The notes under the pieces are model-generated. The model was not told the origin of the DNA. It saw nothing but the letters and a program-made list of their open reading frames with translations, and did not search any database. From Terriglobia bacterium (GTDB lineage Bacteria > Acidobacteriota > Terriglobia > JAJPHL01 > JAPKYU01), in the NCBI GenBank assembly GCA_965223005.1, contig CBDCVK010000010.1:288001-352000 (forward strand): DNA of 64,000 nt, written 5' to 3'. The translations under genes and the position numbers were made by a program. How positions within the stretch are numbered: the stretch's first letter is position 1; each line of letters begins with the position of its first letter. Below, in pieces: positions 1-10,210 of this stretch.

Positions 1-243
1 CCGGCGGCTGGCTTTGGGGAAAACGCCCACGACCTCCTCTGGCTTGGAAGGATTGCGGGATTCCCATCTTGCTTTGGGCTTGAGCTTTCGGCCCCCAAGC
101 ACCAACGGATACAGCTTACCCAGTCCGCCACGCACTTTAGCTAGCGCCGCCTCCATCTTGCCGCGCTCTTCGGGGTTAGAGAAATCGGTAAACTTTTCGT
201 TTTCAAACTCGGGCAAGGTCACCGTCATCGCTTCCACAGACAT
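1..243 (-). CDS. pruA: L-glutamate gamma-semialdehyde (P5C) dehydrogenase, N-terminal part; truncated by window edge
   Basis: Not in the ORF track. Hand translation from ATG at 243 (GGAGA upstream) gives MSVEAMTVTLPEFENEKFTDFSNPEERGKMEAALAKVRGGLGKLYPLVLGG...ESRNPSKPEEVVGVFPKA, matching the RocA/PruA N-terminus pattern FxNExxTDF...YPLVIGG...S.NP. Confidence 0.8.
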   Translation of the reverse strand, partial: MSVEAMTVTLPEFENEKFTDFSNPEERGKMEAALAKVRGGLGKLYPLVLGGRKLKPKARWESRNPSKPEEVVGVFPKASRR

Positions 244-412
244 TAAGAAATTCTCCTCAGGGGCGTTCCCGCGTCATTCTAACAGGTGCCAGGTACAGGC
301 AGCACATGTTTCCGGACGGTGCGATAATCAAGGCAGTGTCAGGTTTCAGGGGATAGCTGGCAGGGCGGCGGAATGCACCCTCCGACGATTGAGACCTGGC
401 TGACATTTGGAC

Positions 413-1867
413 ATGACAGAGCGGATTTATCAGTTTGTGAAACGGCACCGAATGCTGGAACCGGGGGACCGGGTGGCGGCAGCCGTTAGCGGGGGCGCTG
501 ACTCAGTGGCAATGCTGCAGGTGCTGATGGAGCTGCGCGACCGGCTGGCGGTGGAACTGGCGGTGGCACATTTCAACCATCGCCTGCGCGGGGCGGAATC
601 TGACGCCGATGCCCGCTTTGTGGAAGAACTCGCTGCCCGTCACGGCCTGCCTTTCTTCGTCAGCGCTGCCGATGTGGCCGCTGAAGCGCGCAGCCGTCGC
701 CGCAACCTGGAAAGCGTGAGCCGCGAACTCCGCTACCGGTTTCTCCGCAGCCTGGTGGAACGCGGCGAGGTAAAAAAAGTGGCCACCGGGCACAGCGCGG
801 ATGACCAGGCCGAAACCGTGCTGGCGCGTTTGCTGAGAGGCTCCGGCACGCGCGGCCTGGCTGGCATCTATCCTGTGGTAGAGAGGCGGCCTGTGGCAGG
901 GGGTCGGCCTGCGGTAGACAGATGGCTGCTGCGCCCGCTGCTGGAACAGCGAAGGGCGGCAGTGCGCGCCTGGCTGGCTGCGCGGGGAATTGCCTGGCGC
1001 GAGGATTCCTCCAACCGGGACCTGCGGCTGACCCGAAACCGTCTGCGCGCCGAGGTGGTTCCGTTGCTGGAAACCTATAACCCCAGACTGGTGGAGCACC
1101 TGGCCGCCACCGCAGAAATTGCCCAGGACGAAGAAGCCTACTGGAACCAGCACACGGCGGAGCTGCTGCCCAAGTTCGCCACCTTGCATCAGGAGCAGGG
1201 AAGCGCGATTTTGAAACTCTCCCTGGCCCAATTCGTCCAAGTAAGTAGGGCCCAGCAGCGCCGCCTGCTATGGGCAGCGCTGGCGCGGACAGGTTCGCTA
1301 CAGCGCCTGGAGCTAGCCCACATCGAGGCCCTACGGAGGCTGGCGATGGCCGGCCAGAGCGGACAGCGGCTGCAGTTGCCGGCGCGCCAAGTAGTGCGGG
1401 TGTTTGACTGTTTGGAGTTCCGCCCGTCGGCTCACCCAGCTCCTGCCCCTTATGAATACCAAGTGCAGGTGCCTGGGACCTGTGTTATTCCCGCCGTGGG
1501 AAAGCGCCTGCTGTTTAATTTGGTGAGCCGTGGCCACGCAGAACAGGGTTATAATGGAGAGGAGGAATCTCTGGCGGATCTGGAGTCGGTCCAGAATCCA
1601 CTGACGGTGCGCAACTGGCGTCCGGGGGATGCCTTTGAGTCCCCTTCGGGTCAGGGAAGGAAAAAGATTAAGACGCTGTTGCTCGAACGCCGGATTCCCG
1701 CTGAGGAGCGCAAACTCTGGCCCGTGGTGCTCAGCGGGAACCAGATCGTGTGGGTGCGGGGATTCCCCGTAGCGCGCCCATTTCGGATGGGGTCAGCAAG
1801 GCAGGTTGGTATCCTGATTCGAGAAGAGGACTTGAGTGATGAAGAAGCTGGAAGTCCTCCTGAGTGA
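413..1867 (+). CDS. tilS: tRNA(Ile)-lysidine synthetase
   Basis: PP-loop AVSGGADS, HFNHRLRG, TGHSADDQAETVL, EDSSN, RNRLR and C-terminal VRNWRPGD domain; precedes hpt-ftsH. Confidence 0.97.
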   Translation: MTERIYQFVKRHRMLEPGDRVAAAVSGGADSVAMLQVLMELRDRLAVELAVAHFNHRLRGAESDADARFVEELAARHGLPFFVSAADVAAEARSRRRNLESVSRELRYRFLRSLVERGEVKKVATGHSADDQAETVLARLLRGSGTRGLAGIYPVVERRPVAGGRPAVDRWLLRPLLEQRRAAVRAWLAARGIAWREDSSNRDLRLTRNRLRAEVVPLLETYNPRLVEHLAATAEIAQDEEAYWNQHTAELLPKFATLHQEQGSAILKLSLAQFVQVSRAQQRRLLWAALARTGSLQRLELAHIEALRRLAMAGQSGQRLQLPARQVVRVFDCLEFRPSAHPAPAPYEYQVQVPGTCVIPAVGKRLLFNLVSRGHAEQGYNGEEESLADLESVQNPLTVRNWRPGDAFESPSGQGRKKIKTLLLERRIPAEERKLWPVVLSGNQIVWVRGFPVARPFRMGSARQVGILIREEDLSDEEAGSPPE

Positions 1868-2433
1868 GGAGCAAATCCAGCAGAAGGTGAGCGAGCTGGC
1901 AGCGACCATCTCGCAGGCGTACGGCCAGCGCACGGTCCACGTGGTCGCCCATTCTGGAGAATGGCTTCCTGTTCATGGCAGACCTGGTGCGGCGGCTCAC
2001 CTGCCCGGTGGTTTGCCAGTTCGTTAAAGTGGAAATGAGCGACGTGATGGAACACGGGCACGAGCGCCGCGTGGTCGTGCACACGCCCAAGCTGGAAGTA
2101 CAAGGCCAGGACCTGCTTCTGGCGGATTGCGTGCTGCACACCGGCATCACCCTGGATCATCTGGTCCAGCAGTTCCTGGCCAAGGGCGCCGCCTCGGTGA
2201 AGACGGCCGTGCTGGTGGACAAGATCGACGAGCGGCGGGTGGCCCTAAACCCCGATTTCGCCGGGTTCCAGATGCAGGGCCGCTTCCTGGTCGGGTACGG
2301 GATGGGCCACCGGGAGCAGTACCGCAACCTGCCCTATGTCGGGACGCTGACCGGGGACGAGGCCAAGGAATCGTCTGCGGTTTCCTCGGCGGGGAAGAAA
2401 GCAGTCGCCGCGACTGGGAAGAAGAAGGAGTGA
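1839..2433 (+). CDS. hpt: Hypoxanthine phosphoribosyltransferase-like protein; +1 frameshift at ~1948-1950, probably a sequencing error
   Basis: LLSEEQIQQKVSELAATIS joins ILENGFLFMADLVRRL if one C is removed from GCCC; C-terminal FLVGYGM...YRNLPY; tilS-hpt-ftsH synteny. Confidence 0.85.
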
Positions 2434-2490
2434 TCCTCGTACGCAGCTGGGCCCGACGCCGGGACGCATGGGGGGATTGAGGGACAGGAC

Positions 2491-4416
2491 TTGAACTCAA
2501 CGGCAAAAACCGTCGTCTTCTGGGTCGTCATGCTGGCTACCGCCGTGCTCTTGTGGCAGGTGGTGAAGACCGGAACGCCCAATAAAGAGGAAGAGGTGAA
2601 CTTTACCCGCTTCCTCCGCGAAGTCGAGGCGGGCAATGTCGCCGAGGTCACCATCATCGGCACCAACAATGCGCCTCCTGAAATCCGCGGCAAGTTTAAG
2701 ACCCAGAGCCAGGCATTTAAGACGATCGCGCCCCCCAATTACCCGGACATGATCAAGCAGCTTCGGGAGAAAGACGTGGTAATCCAGGTCAAGGCGGTTT
2801 CCAGCAGTTCGTGGCTTACGCTGCTACTGCAGGCCTCACCTTTCCTGCTGCTGATCGGCTTCTGGATTTTCATGATGCGTCAGATGCAGAGCGGGGGCAA
2901 CAAAGCGCTCAGCTTCGGCAAGAGCCGGGCTCGCCTGCTCTCCAGTCAGCAGAAGAAGGTCACCTTCAATGACGTGGCTGGCGTGGAGGAGTCCAAGGAA
3001 GAACTGCAAGAGATCATCGAGTTTCTCCGGGAGCCTCAGAAGTTCCAGAAATTGGGCGGACGTATTCCGAAAGGCGTTCTGCTGGTGGGACCGCCTGGCA
3101 CGGGCAAGACCCTGTTGGCGCGGGCCGTGGCCGGCGAGGCCAACGTCCCCTTCTTCTCCATCTCCGGCTCGGACTTCGTGGAAATGTTTGTAGGCGTCGG
3201 CGCCAGCCGGGTGCGCGACCTGTTCGAGCAGGGCAAGAAGAACGCCCCCTGCATCATTTTCATCGACGAAATTGACGCGGTGGGCCGTCACCGCGGCGCC
3301 GGTCTGGGCGGCGGGCACGACGAGCGCGAGCAGACCCTGAACCAGTTGCTGGTGGAGATGGACGGGTTTGAGTCCAACGAAGGCGTCATCCTGATGGCCG
3401 CCACCAACCGGCCGGATGTGCTGGACCCGGCCCTGCTGCGGCCTGGCCGCTTCGATCGGCGCGTCGTGGTGCCCTGGCCGGACGCCAAAGGTCGCGAAGC
3501 GATCCTGCAGGTACACACGCGAAAGATTCCCCTGGACGAGGACGTGAAGCTGGCGGTGCTGGCTCGTGGCACCCCTGGCTTTTCCGGCGCTGACCTGGCC
3601 AACCTGGTCAATGAGGCGGCTCTGAACGCTGCGCGCTACAGCAGTAAGACGGTTTCCATGAGCGACTTCGAGCTGGCCAAAGACAAGGTGATCATGGGCG
3701 CGGCACGCAAGTCGCTGATCCTCAGCGAGGCGGAGAAGCGCAACACCGCCTACCACGAAGCCGGCCATGCCCTGGTGGCCGCCTCGATTCCCGGCGCCGA
3801 CCCGCTGCACAAGGTCACCATCATTCCGCGCGGCATCGCCCTGGGCGTCACCATGCAACTGCCGGAGGATGACAAGTACACCCTGACCAAGGAGTTCCTG
3901 GACGCCCGCATCGCCATCATGATGGGGGGGCGCGTCTCCGAGGAGCTGTTCATGAACCACATGACCACCGGCGCTGGCGACGACATCGAACGCGCCACCG
4001 AGCTGGCCCGCAAAATGGTGTGCGAGTGGGGCATGAGTGACCTGGGGCCGATCACCTTCGGCAAGAAAGAGGAGCAGATTTTCCTCGGCCGCGAGATCGC
4101 TCAGCACCGGGATTTCTCCGAGCAGACCGCGATCCGGATTGATGAGGAAGTCCGCAGGATTGCCCAGACAGGCTATGATCGCGCCAAGGCGATCCTGACC
4201 GAGAAGCACGATGCGCTGGTGCGCATCGCCGAGGCCCTGCTGGAACGGGAAGTGCTGGACGGGCACGAGATCAAGCTGGTGATCGAAGATAAACCGCTGC
4301 CGGCGCAGCCAGCTCCTACGCCCACCGAAGAGCCTGGCAAACAGCAGGTGATAAAACCGGAGTCCGCACCGAGCCCTCGGCCTCTGTCCGAGGGCGAGCG
4401 GCCGGCGACCGCGTAG
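2491..4416 (+). CDS. ftsH: ATP-dependent zinc metalloprotease FtsH
   Basis: Two N-terminal TM segments, Walker A GPPGTGKT, Walker [36 protein letters not shown] zinc motif. Confidence 0.99.
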   Translation: MNSTAKTVVFWVVMLATAVLLWQVVKTGTPNKEEEVNFTRFLREVEAGNVAEVTIIGTNNAPPEIRGKFKTQSQAFKTIAPPNYPDMIKQLREKDVVIQVKAVSSSSWLTLLLQASPFLLLIGFWIFMMRQMQSGGNKALSFGKSRARLLSSQQKKVTFNDVAGVEESKEELQEIIEFLREPQKFQKLGGRIPKGVLLVGPPGTGKTLLARAVAGEANVPFFSISGSDFVEMFVGVGASRVRDLFEQGKKNAPCIIFIDEIDAVGRHRGAGLGGGHDEREQTLNQLLVEMDGFESNEGVILMAATNRPDVLDPALLRPGRFDRRVVVPWPDAKGREAILQVHTRKIPLDEDVKLAVLARGTPGFSGADLANLVNEAALNAARYSSKTVSMSDFELAKDKVIMGAARKSLILSEAEKRNTAYHEAGHALVAASIPGADPLHKVTIIPRGIALGVTMQLPEDDKYTLTKEFLDARIAIMMGGRVSEELFMNHMTTGAGDDIERATELARKMVCEWGMSDLGPITFGKKEEQIFLGREIAQHRDFSEQTAIRIDEEVRRIAQTGYDRAKAILTEKHDALVRIAEALLEREVLDGHEIKLVIEDKPLPAQPAPTPTEEPGKQQVIKPESAPSPRPLSEGERPATA

Positions 4417-4611
4417 AAGCACCTCAACAGCAAAAAAGGGGTCCCTTCTTATTGCGGGCTGAGCGCAAGCAATCCATTTAGAAACAACCAGTTGTGCCTT
4501 GGGAGCCGCGTCTTGGTGCCAGCAGAGAAATCCTACGAAAAGCGTTGCTGCAGGAGAACGGGGGGCTAGGGAGGAATCGCAGAACCTGTGGCGATGTTGC
4601 GCGGCAAAACC

Positions 4612-5109
4612 TACCGGTAGCGCTTGAGCTCTCCCGGGATCTCCCGTCCCCGGACGCGGTCGTAGAGGTAGCGGTCCGACACCGTCCCCAACGATTCGTT
4701 GTACAAGCTGGGCAGTTCCAGAGCTTGCTTCAACTGCTCATCGAAACTCTGGATTTGCTCCAGGTGCTCGGCCAGCGCGGGCAGGCTCCGCTCAGGTGTC
4801 CAAAGGTACTTCTGAAAGCCTTGCGGTCCTCCAGGCGAGAGATAAACTGCCCAACGAGGTACCGGTAGCGCTTGAGCTCTCCCGGGATCTCCCGTCCCCG
4901 GACGCGGTCGTAGAGGTAGCGGTCCGACACCGTCCCCAACGATTCGTTGTACAAGCTGGGCAGTTCCAGAGCTTGCTTCAACTGCTCATCGAAACTCTGG
5001 ATTTGCTCCAGGTGCTCGGCCAGCGCGGGCAGGCTCCGCTCAGGTGTCCAAAGGTACTTCTGAAAGCCACGGTCCTCCAGGCGAGAGATAAACTGCCCAA
5101 CGAGGTACC
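4612..5109. repeat. Tandem duplication of 248 bp (4612-4859) and 246 bp (4860-5105) with TACC junction microhomology
   Basis: Copies are identical by eye except GCCTTGCGG vs GCCACGG. Confidence 0.92.
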
Positions 5110-5284
5110 CAGGGGGTTCGGCAAAGCGAACCTGGCCGTCGGGCGTGCGCTCCAGGACTGCGGCGCACAGCCCTTTCTGGACGCGTGCGAGGTGGGTTTG
5201 CTGCGCGCTGACCTCAAAGCCAGCAGCGCGGAGGCGATCCTGAAGCTGGTCGAAACTCAGTTGGGGCGGCAGGCTGGGCAGCAT
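4730..5284 (-). CDS. Hypothetical protein; native end probably ...PGELKRYR* (stop at 4611-4613), C-terminus altered by tandem duplication
   Basis: ORF repeats YLVGQFISRLEDR because of the ~246-bp duplication; no recognised domain. Confidence 0.6.
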   Translation of the reverse strand: MLPSLPPQLSFDQLQDRLRAAGFEVSAQQTHLARVQKGLCAAVLERTPDGQVRFAEPPGYLVGQFISRLEDRGFQKYLWTPERSLPALAEHLEQIQSFDEQLKQALELPSLYNESLGTVSDRYLYDRVRGREIPGELKRYRYLVGQFISRLEDRKAFRSTFGHLSGACPRWPSTWSKSRVSMSS

Positions 5285-5397
5285 AGCTTCGATCTCCGGC
5301 AGAGATTAGCTCGATTCGCGAGTAGGATATAATAACACCAGGGTGAATTTACCTGGGCACGGATCACCCTAAAGAACGAAATCTTGTTCCCGGACAG

Positions 5398-6402
5398 ATG
5401 TCAGCACAAGCGCGCATGACCCTGAACCATTCTAGCTCCCAGGCTCGCCAAGAGCCAGTCGGGCTGCCTTCCTTGCTGGGACGCATCGGCAACACGCCTC
5501 TGCTGCGCCTGGAGAAGGCGACGCGCGACTTCTCCTCGGTGGAATTTTACGCCAAGGCGGAATGGTTTAACCCAGGGGGATCGGTCAAGGATCGCGCCGC
5601 CCTGAGCATGATCCTGGAAGGGGAGCGCACCGGCCAACTGACCCCGGACAAGATGATTCTGGACGCCACCAGCGGCAACACTGGCATTGCATACGCCATG
5701 ATCGCTGCCGCCCGCGGCTACCGGACCAAGCTATGCCTCCCAGCCAGCGCCAGCATCGAGCGCAAGCGTATGCTCCAGGCCTTCGGGGCGGAATTGGTAC
5801 TGACAGATGCGGCCGAGGGTTCCGATGGCGCCATCCGCAAGGTAAGGGAACTGTACGCGGCCGACCCGGAACGCTACTTTTACCCCGACCAGTACAGCAA
5901 CCCGGCCAACTGGCGCACCCACTACCAGACCACAGCCAACGAAATCTGGGCGCAGACCGAGGGCCGGATCACGCATTTTGTAGCGGGCCTGGGCACGACG
6001 GGAACCTTCGTCGGCACCGGCCGCCGCCTGCGGGAATTGAACGCCAACATACGTCTGATCTCTCTGCAGCCGGATTCCGGATTCCACGGGCTGGAGGGGT
6101 TAAAGCATATGGAAACGGCGATCGTGCCGGGCATCTACGACGCCACCCTGGCCGACCTGGACCTGGCGGTGGGAACCGAGGAGTCCTACCACGTGGTGCG
6201 CCGCCTGGCGCGCGAGGAGGGGCTCTTGGTGGGCCCCTCGAGCGGCGCGGCGCTGGCCGGCTGCTTGCGTGTGGCGCGCGAGATCCAGCAGGCTGGCCAG
6301 CGGGGCGTTGTGGTCACCATCTTCCCCGACGGCGCCGATAAGTACCTCAGCCAGAAATTCTGGGAAGAGCCAATTCTGGAAAGTGCCAGTTCTGGAAAGT
6401 GA
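5398..6402 (+). CDS. cysM: PLP-dependent cysteine synthase (CysM/CysK family)
   Basis: IGNTPL, KAEWFNPGGSVKDR (PLP Lys), DATSGNTG, GLGTTGT, GPSSGA. Confidence 0.9.
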   Translation: MSAQARMTLNHSSSQARQEPVGLPSLLGRIGNTPLLRLEKATRDFSSVEFYAKAEWFNPGGSVKDRAALSMILEGERTGQLTPDKMILDATSGNTGIAYAMIAAARGYRTKLCLPASASIERKRMLQAFGAELVLTDAAEGSDGAIRKVRELYAADPERYFYPDQYSNPANWRTHYQTTANEIWAQTEGRITHFVAGLGTTGTFVGTGRRLRELNANIRLISLQPDSGFHGLEGLKHMETAIVPGIYDATLADLDLAVGTEESYHVVRRLAREEGLLVGPSSGAALAGCLRVAREIQQAGQRGVVVTIFPDGADKYLSQKFWEEPILESASSGK

Positions 6403-6412
6403 GCGCTGAGGG

Positions 6413-6871
6413 ATGAGCCTGGCAATCCTGCCTCCCGAGTTAGCCAGAGTGAACGAGCACGCTCGACGCGCCTACCCGCACGAGTGCTGCGGCTTTCTGT
6501 TGGGAAAAGACGTGAACGGGTGGAAGCGGGTGGTCGAGGTCCGGGCCGTGGAGAACATCCGGCACGATTCCCCGCACAACCGCTTTCTGATCTCCCCCTC
6601 AGACTTTCGAGCCAGCGAACGCTACGCTCGCGAGCAGAAGTTGGATATTCTCGGCTTTTATCACTCGCACCCGGATCACCCGGCCCGGCCCAGCCAATAC
6701 GACCAGGAACACGCCTGGCCCTGGTTCTCCTACATCATCGTTTCGGTCCAGCAGGGGACTCCGGGCGAGGTCACCAGTTGGGAGCTGGCCGAAGACCGCT
6801 CCCAGTTTCACCGTGAGACAATGGAAACCGCGTTTCGCACTCTGGAGGAAGTGGAAGACCATGCCAGCTAA
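6413..6871 (+). CDS. JAB/MPN+ (M67) metallopeptidase, Mec-like
   Basis: YPHECCG and GFYHSHPDHPARPSQYD (JAMM motif E...HxH...S..D). Confidence 0.93.
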   Translation: MSLAILPPELARVNEHARRAYPHECCGFLLGKDVNGWKRVVEVRAVENIRHDSPHNRFLISPSDFRASERYAREQKLDILGFYHSHPDHPARPSQYDQEHAWPWFSYIIVSVQQGTPGEVTSWELAEDRSQFHRETMETAFRTLEEVEDHAS

Positions 6872-8321
6872 AGTCCTGATTCCCACGCCGCTGCGCCAAT
6901 ACGCCGAGCGGCAAGAGACCGTGGAAGTTGCCGGCCATACCGTCAGCGAAGTGCTGGGGAACCTGACGACCCAGTACACCGACCTGCGCAAGCACCTCTA
7001 TACCGACGACGGCCGGCTGCGCAGTTTTGTCAACGTGTACGTGAACGACGAGGACATCCGCTACCTCAGCAAGGAAAGCACCGGTGTCAAGGAAACGGAC
7101 GTGATCAGCATCGTTCCGTCGATTGCAGGGGGTTTGTCTGTCCAGGTCGGAAAGTCCCCGGCCACCGCGGCTGCCGCCGGGGTGAAGCTGAGCAATGAAG
7201 AGATCCTTCGCTACAGCCGCCACCTGATCATGCCCGAGGTTGCCATGGAGGGGCAGCTCAAGCTGAAACAGGCGCGGGTGCTGTGCATCGGCGCCGGCGG
7301 GCTCGGCTCGCCTCTGGCCCTCTACCTGGCAGCCGCCGGAGTGGGCACTTTGGGCATGGTGGACTTCGATGTGGTGGACTTCACCAACCTGCAGCGCCAG
7401 GTGATCCACGGCACCGGCGACGTGGGCCGTCCCAAGCTGGAGTCGGCGCGCGACCGCTTGCGCGAACTGAATCCCAGCGTCGAAGTGGTCCCTTACGAAA
7501 CGCGCCTGTCTAGTGAGAATGCCCTGGACATCTTCAAGGATTTCGACATCATCGCCGACGGCACCGATAACTTCCCCACCCGCTATCTGGTCAACGATGC
7601 CTGCGTACTGCTGGGCAAGCCGAACGTTTACGCCAGCATTTTCCGTTTCGAGGGACAGGCTTCGGTCTTTGGCCTCACGGACGGCCCCTGCTACCGCTGC
7701 CTGTACCCCGAGCCGCCTCCTCCAGGCCTGGTGCCGAGCTGCGCCGAGGGCGGTGTGCTAGGCATCCTGCCCGGCCTGCTGGGGGTAATTCAGGCCACCG
7801 AAGCCGTCAAGTTGATTCTGGGGAAGGGCCAGCCGCTGGTGGGACGCCTGCTGCTGGTCGATGCGCTCGCCATGCGCTTCCGCGAACTGAAACTGCGCAA
7901 GAATCCCGATTGCCCGGCCTGCGGCGCCCACCCCACCATCCGCGAGCTGATTGACTACCAGGAGTTCTGCGGCATCCGAGGCGAAGAACAGGCGCCCGAA
8001 GTTGCCGTGCCGGAAACCACCCCCTTGGAGGTCAAGGAGAAGCTGGACGGGGGGGAGGGGCTGTTTATCCTGGACGTGCGCGAGCCGCACGAATACCAGA
8101 TCTGCAACATCAACGGCCACCTTATCCCTCTCGGCGAGCTGCCGGCCCGGGTGCACGAGCTGAACTCGGCCGACGAGATTGTCGCCCACTGCCGCAGTGG
8201 CATGCGCAGCGCCCAGGCTGTGGACTTCCTGCGCAAGGCGGGTTTCCGCAAGGTGAAGAATATGAAGGGTGGAATCCTGGCCTGGAGCGACCAGGTAGAC
8301 CCGCGCGTCCCCAAGTACTGA
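6861..8321 (+). CDS. moeB: Fusion of MoaD/CysO-like ubiquitin-fold sulfur carrier, MoeB/ThiF adenylyltransferase and rhodanese (MoeZ-like)
   Basis: N-terminal IPTPLRQY...LRSFVNVYVNDEDIR...IVPSIAGG; then RYSRHLIMPE, GAGGLGSP, DFDVVDFTNLQRQ, CYRC, CPAC; C-terminal rhodanese HCRSGMRS. Confidence 0.93.
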   Translation: MPAKVLIPTPLRQYAERQETVEVAGHTVSEVLGNLTTQYTDLRKHLYTDDGRLRSFVNVYVNDEDIRYLSKESTGVKETDVISIVPSIAGGLSVQVGKSPATAAAAGVKLSNEEILRYSRHLIMPEVAMEGQLKLKQARVLCIGAGGLGSPLALYLAAAGVGTLGMVDFDVVDFTNLQRQVIHGTGDVGRPKLESARDRLRELNPSVEVVPYETRLSSENALDIFKDFDIIADGTDNFPTRYLVNDACVLLGKPNVYASIFRFEGQASVFGLTDGPCYRCLYPEPPPPGLVPSCAEGGVLGILPGLLGVIQATEAVKLILGKGQPLVGRLLLVDALAMRFRELKLRKNPDCPACGAHPTIRELIDYQEFCGIRGEEQAPEVAVPETTPLEVKEKLDGGEGLFILDVREPHEYQICNINGHLIPLGELPARVHELNSADEIVAHCRSGMRSAQAVDFLRKAGFRKVKNMKGGILAWSDQVDPRVPKY

Positions 8322-8412
8322 CCTCACCAGCCGGCCGCGACTGCACAATAGGAGGAACGAGAGGAAGCGATACGCGCAGCCACAAGGGAGTATTGGCTGC
8401 TAGGAAGCCAAG

Positions 8413-8820
8413 ATGCCAAAGAAGATGAAGACAAGAACTGGGACCATAGAGGATCTCTTGAGGGGACGTTCACCGCAAGTTCGCCAATGGACCAAAGCGC
8501 TGCAGCGTTTGGTGCGCTCCGCCGTGCCAAAGTGCTCCGAGCGTGCTTACATGGGGTGGCGCGTAATCATGTACTCGCGGGGAAAGATCGAGCCAGGGAC
8601 ACCCGTGCCGATGTCGACCATGTTTTGCGGGATCATGCCCTTGAAAAATAGCGTTTCTCTGTACTTTCTAAGGGGGGCCAAATTGCCGGATCCTGAGGGA
8701 TTACTCGCGGGCACGGGAAAAGGGATGCGTCACGTTAAGATCCGCGATGCGAAACAGATCCGCCCAACTGCCCTGAAGAAGCTAGTTCGCGCTGCTTACG
8801 CGTCCATGGCCAGTTCATAG
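8413..8820 (+). CDS. DUF1801 (YdhG-like) domain protein
   Basis: LYFLRGAKLPDPEGLLAGTGKGMRHVKI is typical of DUF1801. Confidence 0.75.
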   Translation: MPKKMKTRTGTIEDLLRGRSPQVRQWTKALQRLVRSAVPKCSERAYMGWRVIMYSRGKIEPGTPVPMSTMFCGIMPLKNSVSLYFLRGAKLPDPEGLLAGTGKGMRHVKIRDAKQIRPTALKKLVRAAYASMASS

Positions 8821-8863
8821 CCCGTTCATAGCAGGCCAGGCGGCAGTTCATCACAATCGGTTT

Positions 8864-9905
8864 ATGAACTCGACTTTCATCCACAAGCTTATCGCCGCTA
8901 AAGCACTTTTACTGGCTTTCTTTCTTTTTGATATACCTTTTGTTGTTAGGGCGGAGAATCACACTCTCAAGCAGGAAGTGAAAGTGTTCATCGGAGCTCA
9001 GTTTGAGATCGGGGAAAATACTGGAGACCGTGCTGGTGAGTTCCAGCATTGGTATGAGCGCTACTGGGCAGATGCTATACCGATAGAAGTGCGTGGGGCA
9101 GACAATCCCGTCTATTGCAACAAAGACGGAGTGTGCGGTGCTGTGTTGGGAATGGGGAAAGTGCGTTCCTCTTCATCCATGACCGCTATTCTGCTTGATC
9201 CCCGTTTCGATTTGTCCGATGCCTACTTTATTATTTCAGGTGTAGGCGGAACGCCACCTCGCGTAGGGACCATTGCTGCTGTATTTTGGGCGGATTGGTT
9301 GATTGATTACGATTTGGGGCACCGTTGGGCACCTAGAGAGGGTGAGCCCGGTGCGCCCGCGTTTAGCGCCACGAAGAGGTTATGAAGAGGTACGCTTGTT
9401 AAAACTTAATGCGGATTTGGTTCAATGGGCCTATCATTTAACGAAAGATGTGCCATTGAAGGATTCCGATGACGCGAAAGCCTACCGGATGCGTTATCCG
9501 GATACCGCCGCACGACGTGCCCCTTTTGTAGGGATGGGCACTCATATGTGTGGGGACACTTTTTTTCACGGCCCGGGACTTTCCAAAGAAGCTCAATATA
9601 TATGCGACCTTTACGGGGCAAGCACCTATGTGATCACTGAAATGGAAGGCGCCGCAGTAGCTTATGTGATCAAAAAGATTCTTTCATTAGATCGGGTGAT
9701 GAGTTTGCGAACAGCGGTAAACTTTGATCAAGGCAATGCCAATGAAACCACTTTGCAGCATTTTGATCCAGAGCCAGGCAACACGCCTGGTGGCTTTGGT
9801 GTAGGAGTAGAAAATAACTGCAATGTGGGAGCGGTTATGGTGGATCATATTGTGGCCAATTGGGAGCAATGGAAGCAGAGTATCCCACCATTAGGGAAAA
9901 AATAA
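8864..9905 (+). CDS. Secreted purine nucleoside permease-family (NUP, phosphorylase-fold) protein; frameshift at ~9365
   Basis: Signal peptide; FEIGENTGDRAGEFQHWYE, DPRFDLSDAYFIISGVGG, EMEGAA, LRTAVNFDQ; split over ORFs 8864-9385 and 9303-9905; visibly more AT-rich than its flanks. Confidence 0.78.
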
Positions 9906-10112
9906 CTGTCCTTTCACACCCTTCTCGGTTTTCTGTGAACTAATGGATCGGGTCTGCGGCAGCAAGAAGACCACTGCCCCCAAACCCAGCATCAACAGAC
10001 CTGAGCCGAAAACCGTCCGCCAAGGCACAGGTCTCCGGAAGCCCCCCACTGCCCAAGGCAGGCCGGCCAACCCAAACAGGCCCAACAGAGAAATCAGATG
10101 CAGCACACTCAT
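9891..10112 (-). pseudogene. 5' fragment of a concentrative nucleoside transporter (NupC/CNT family)
   Basis: LISLLGLFGLAGLPWAVGGFRRPVPWRTVFG resembles the CNT N-terminus; ends after two TM segments where the AT-rich block begins. Confidence 0.6.
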
Positions 10113-10210
10113 AGGTCTATTAACGCATACGCCGCAGTTGGGCTACAGTGTCCTCTTCCGGAGGAATCATCCGGTTGCTGCGTCGGATGCTTCGACGGGG
10201 TCACCGGGGA

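Noticed and set aside
14-403. 129-aa plus-strand ORF
   Set aside because: Antisense shadow of the pruA N-terminus on the minus strand
1940-1980. Programmed ribosomal frameshift in hpt (likewise thrC)
   Set aside because: No slippery heptamer or stimulatory structure is evident; a single indel error is simpler
2836-4422. Long antisense ORFs (also 11272-12675, 13451-14632, 15099-16301, 23746-24924, 31062-32249, 36244-37215)
   Set aside because: Typical stop-poor shadows opposite well-supported genes in high-GC DNA; no motifs
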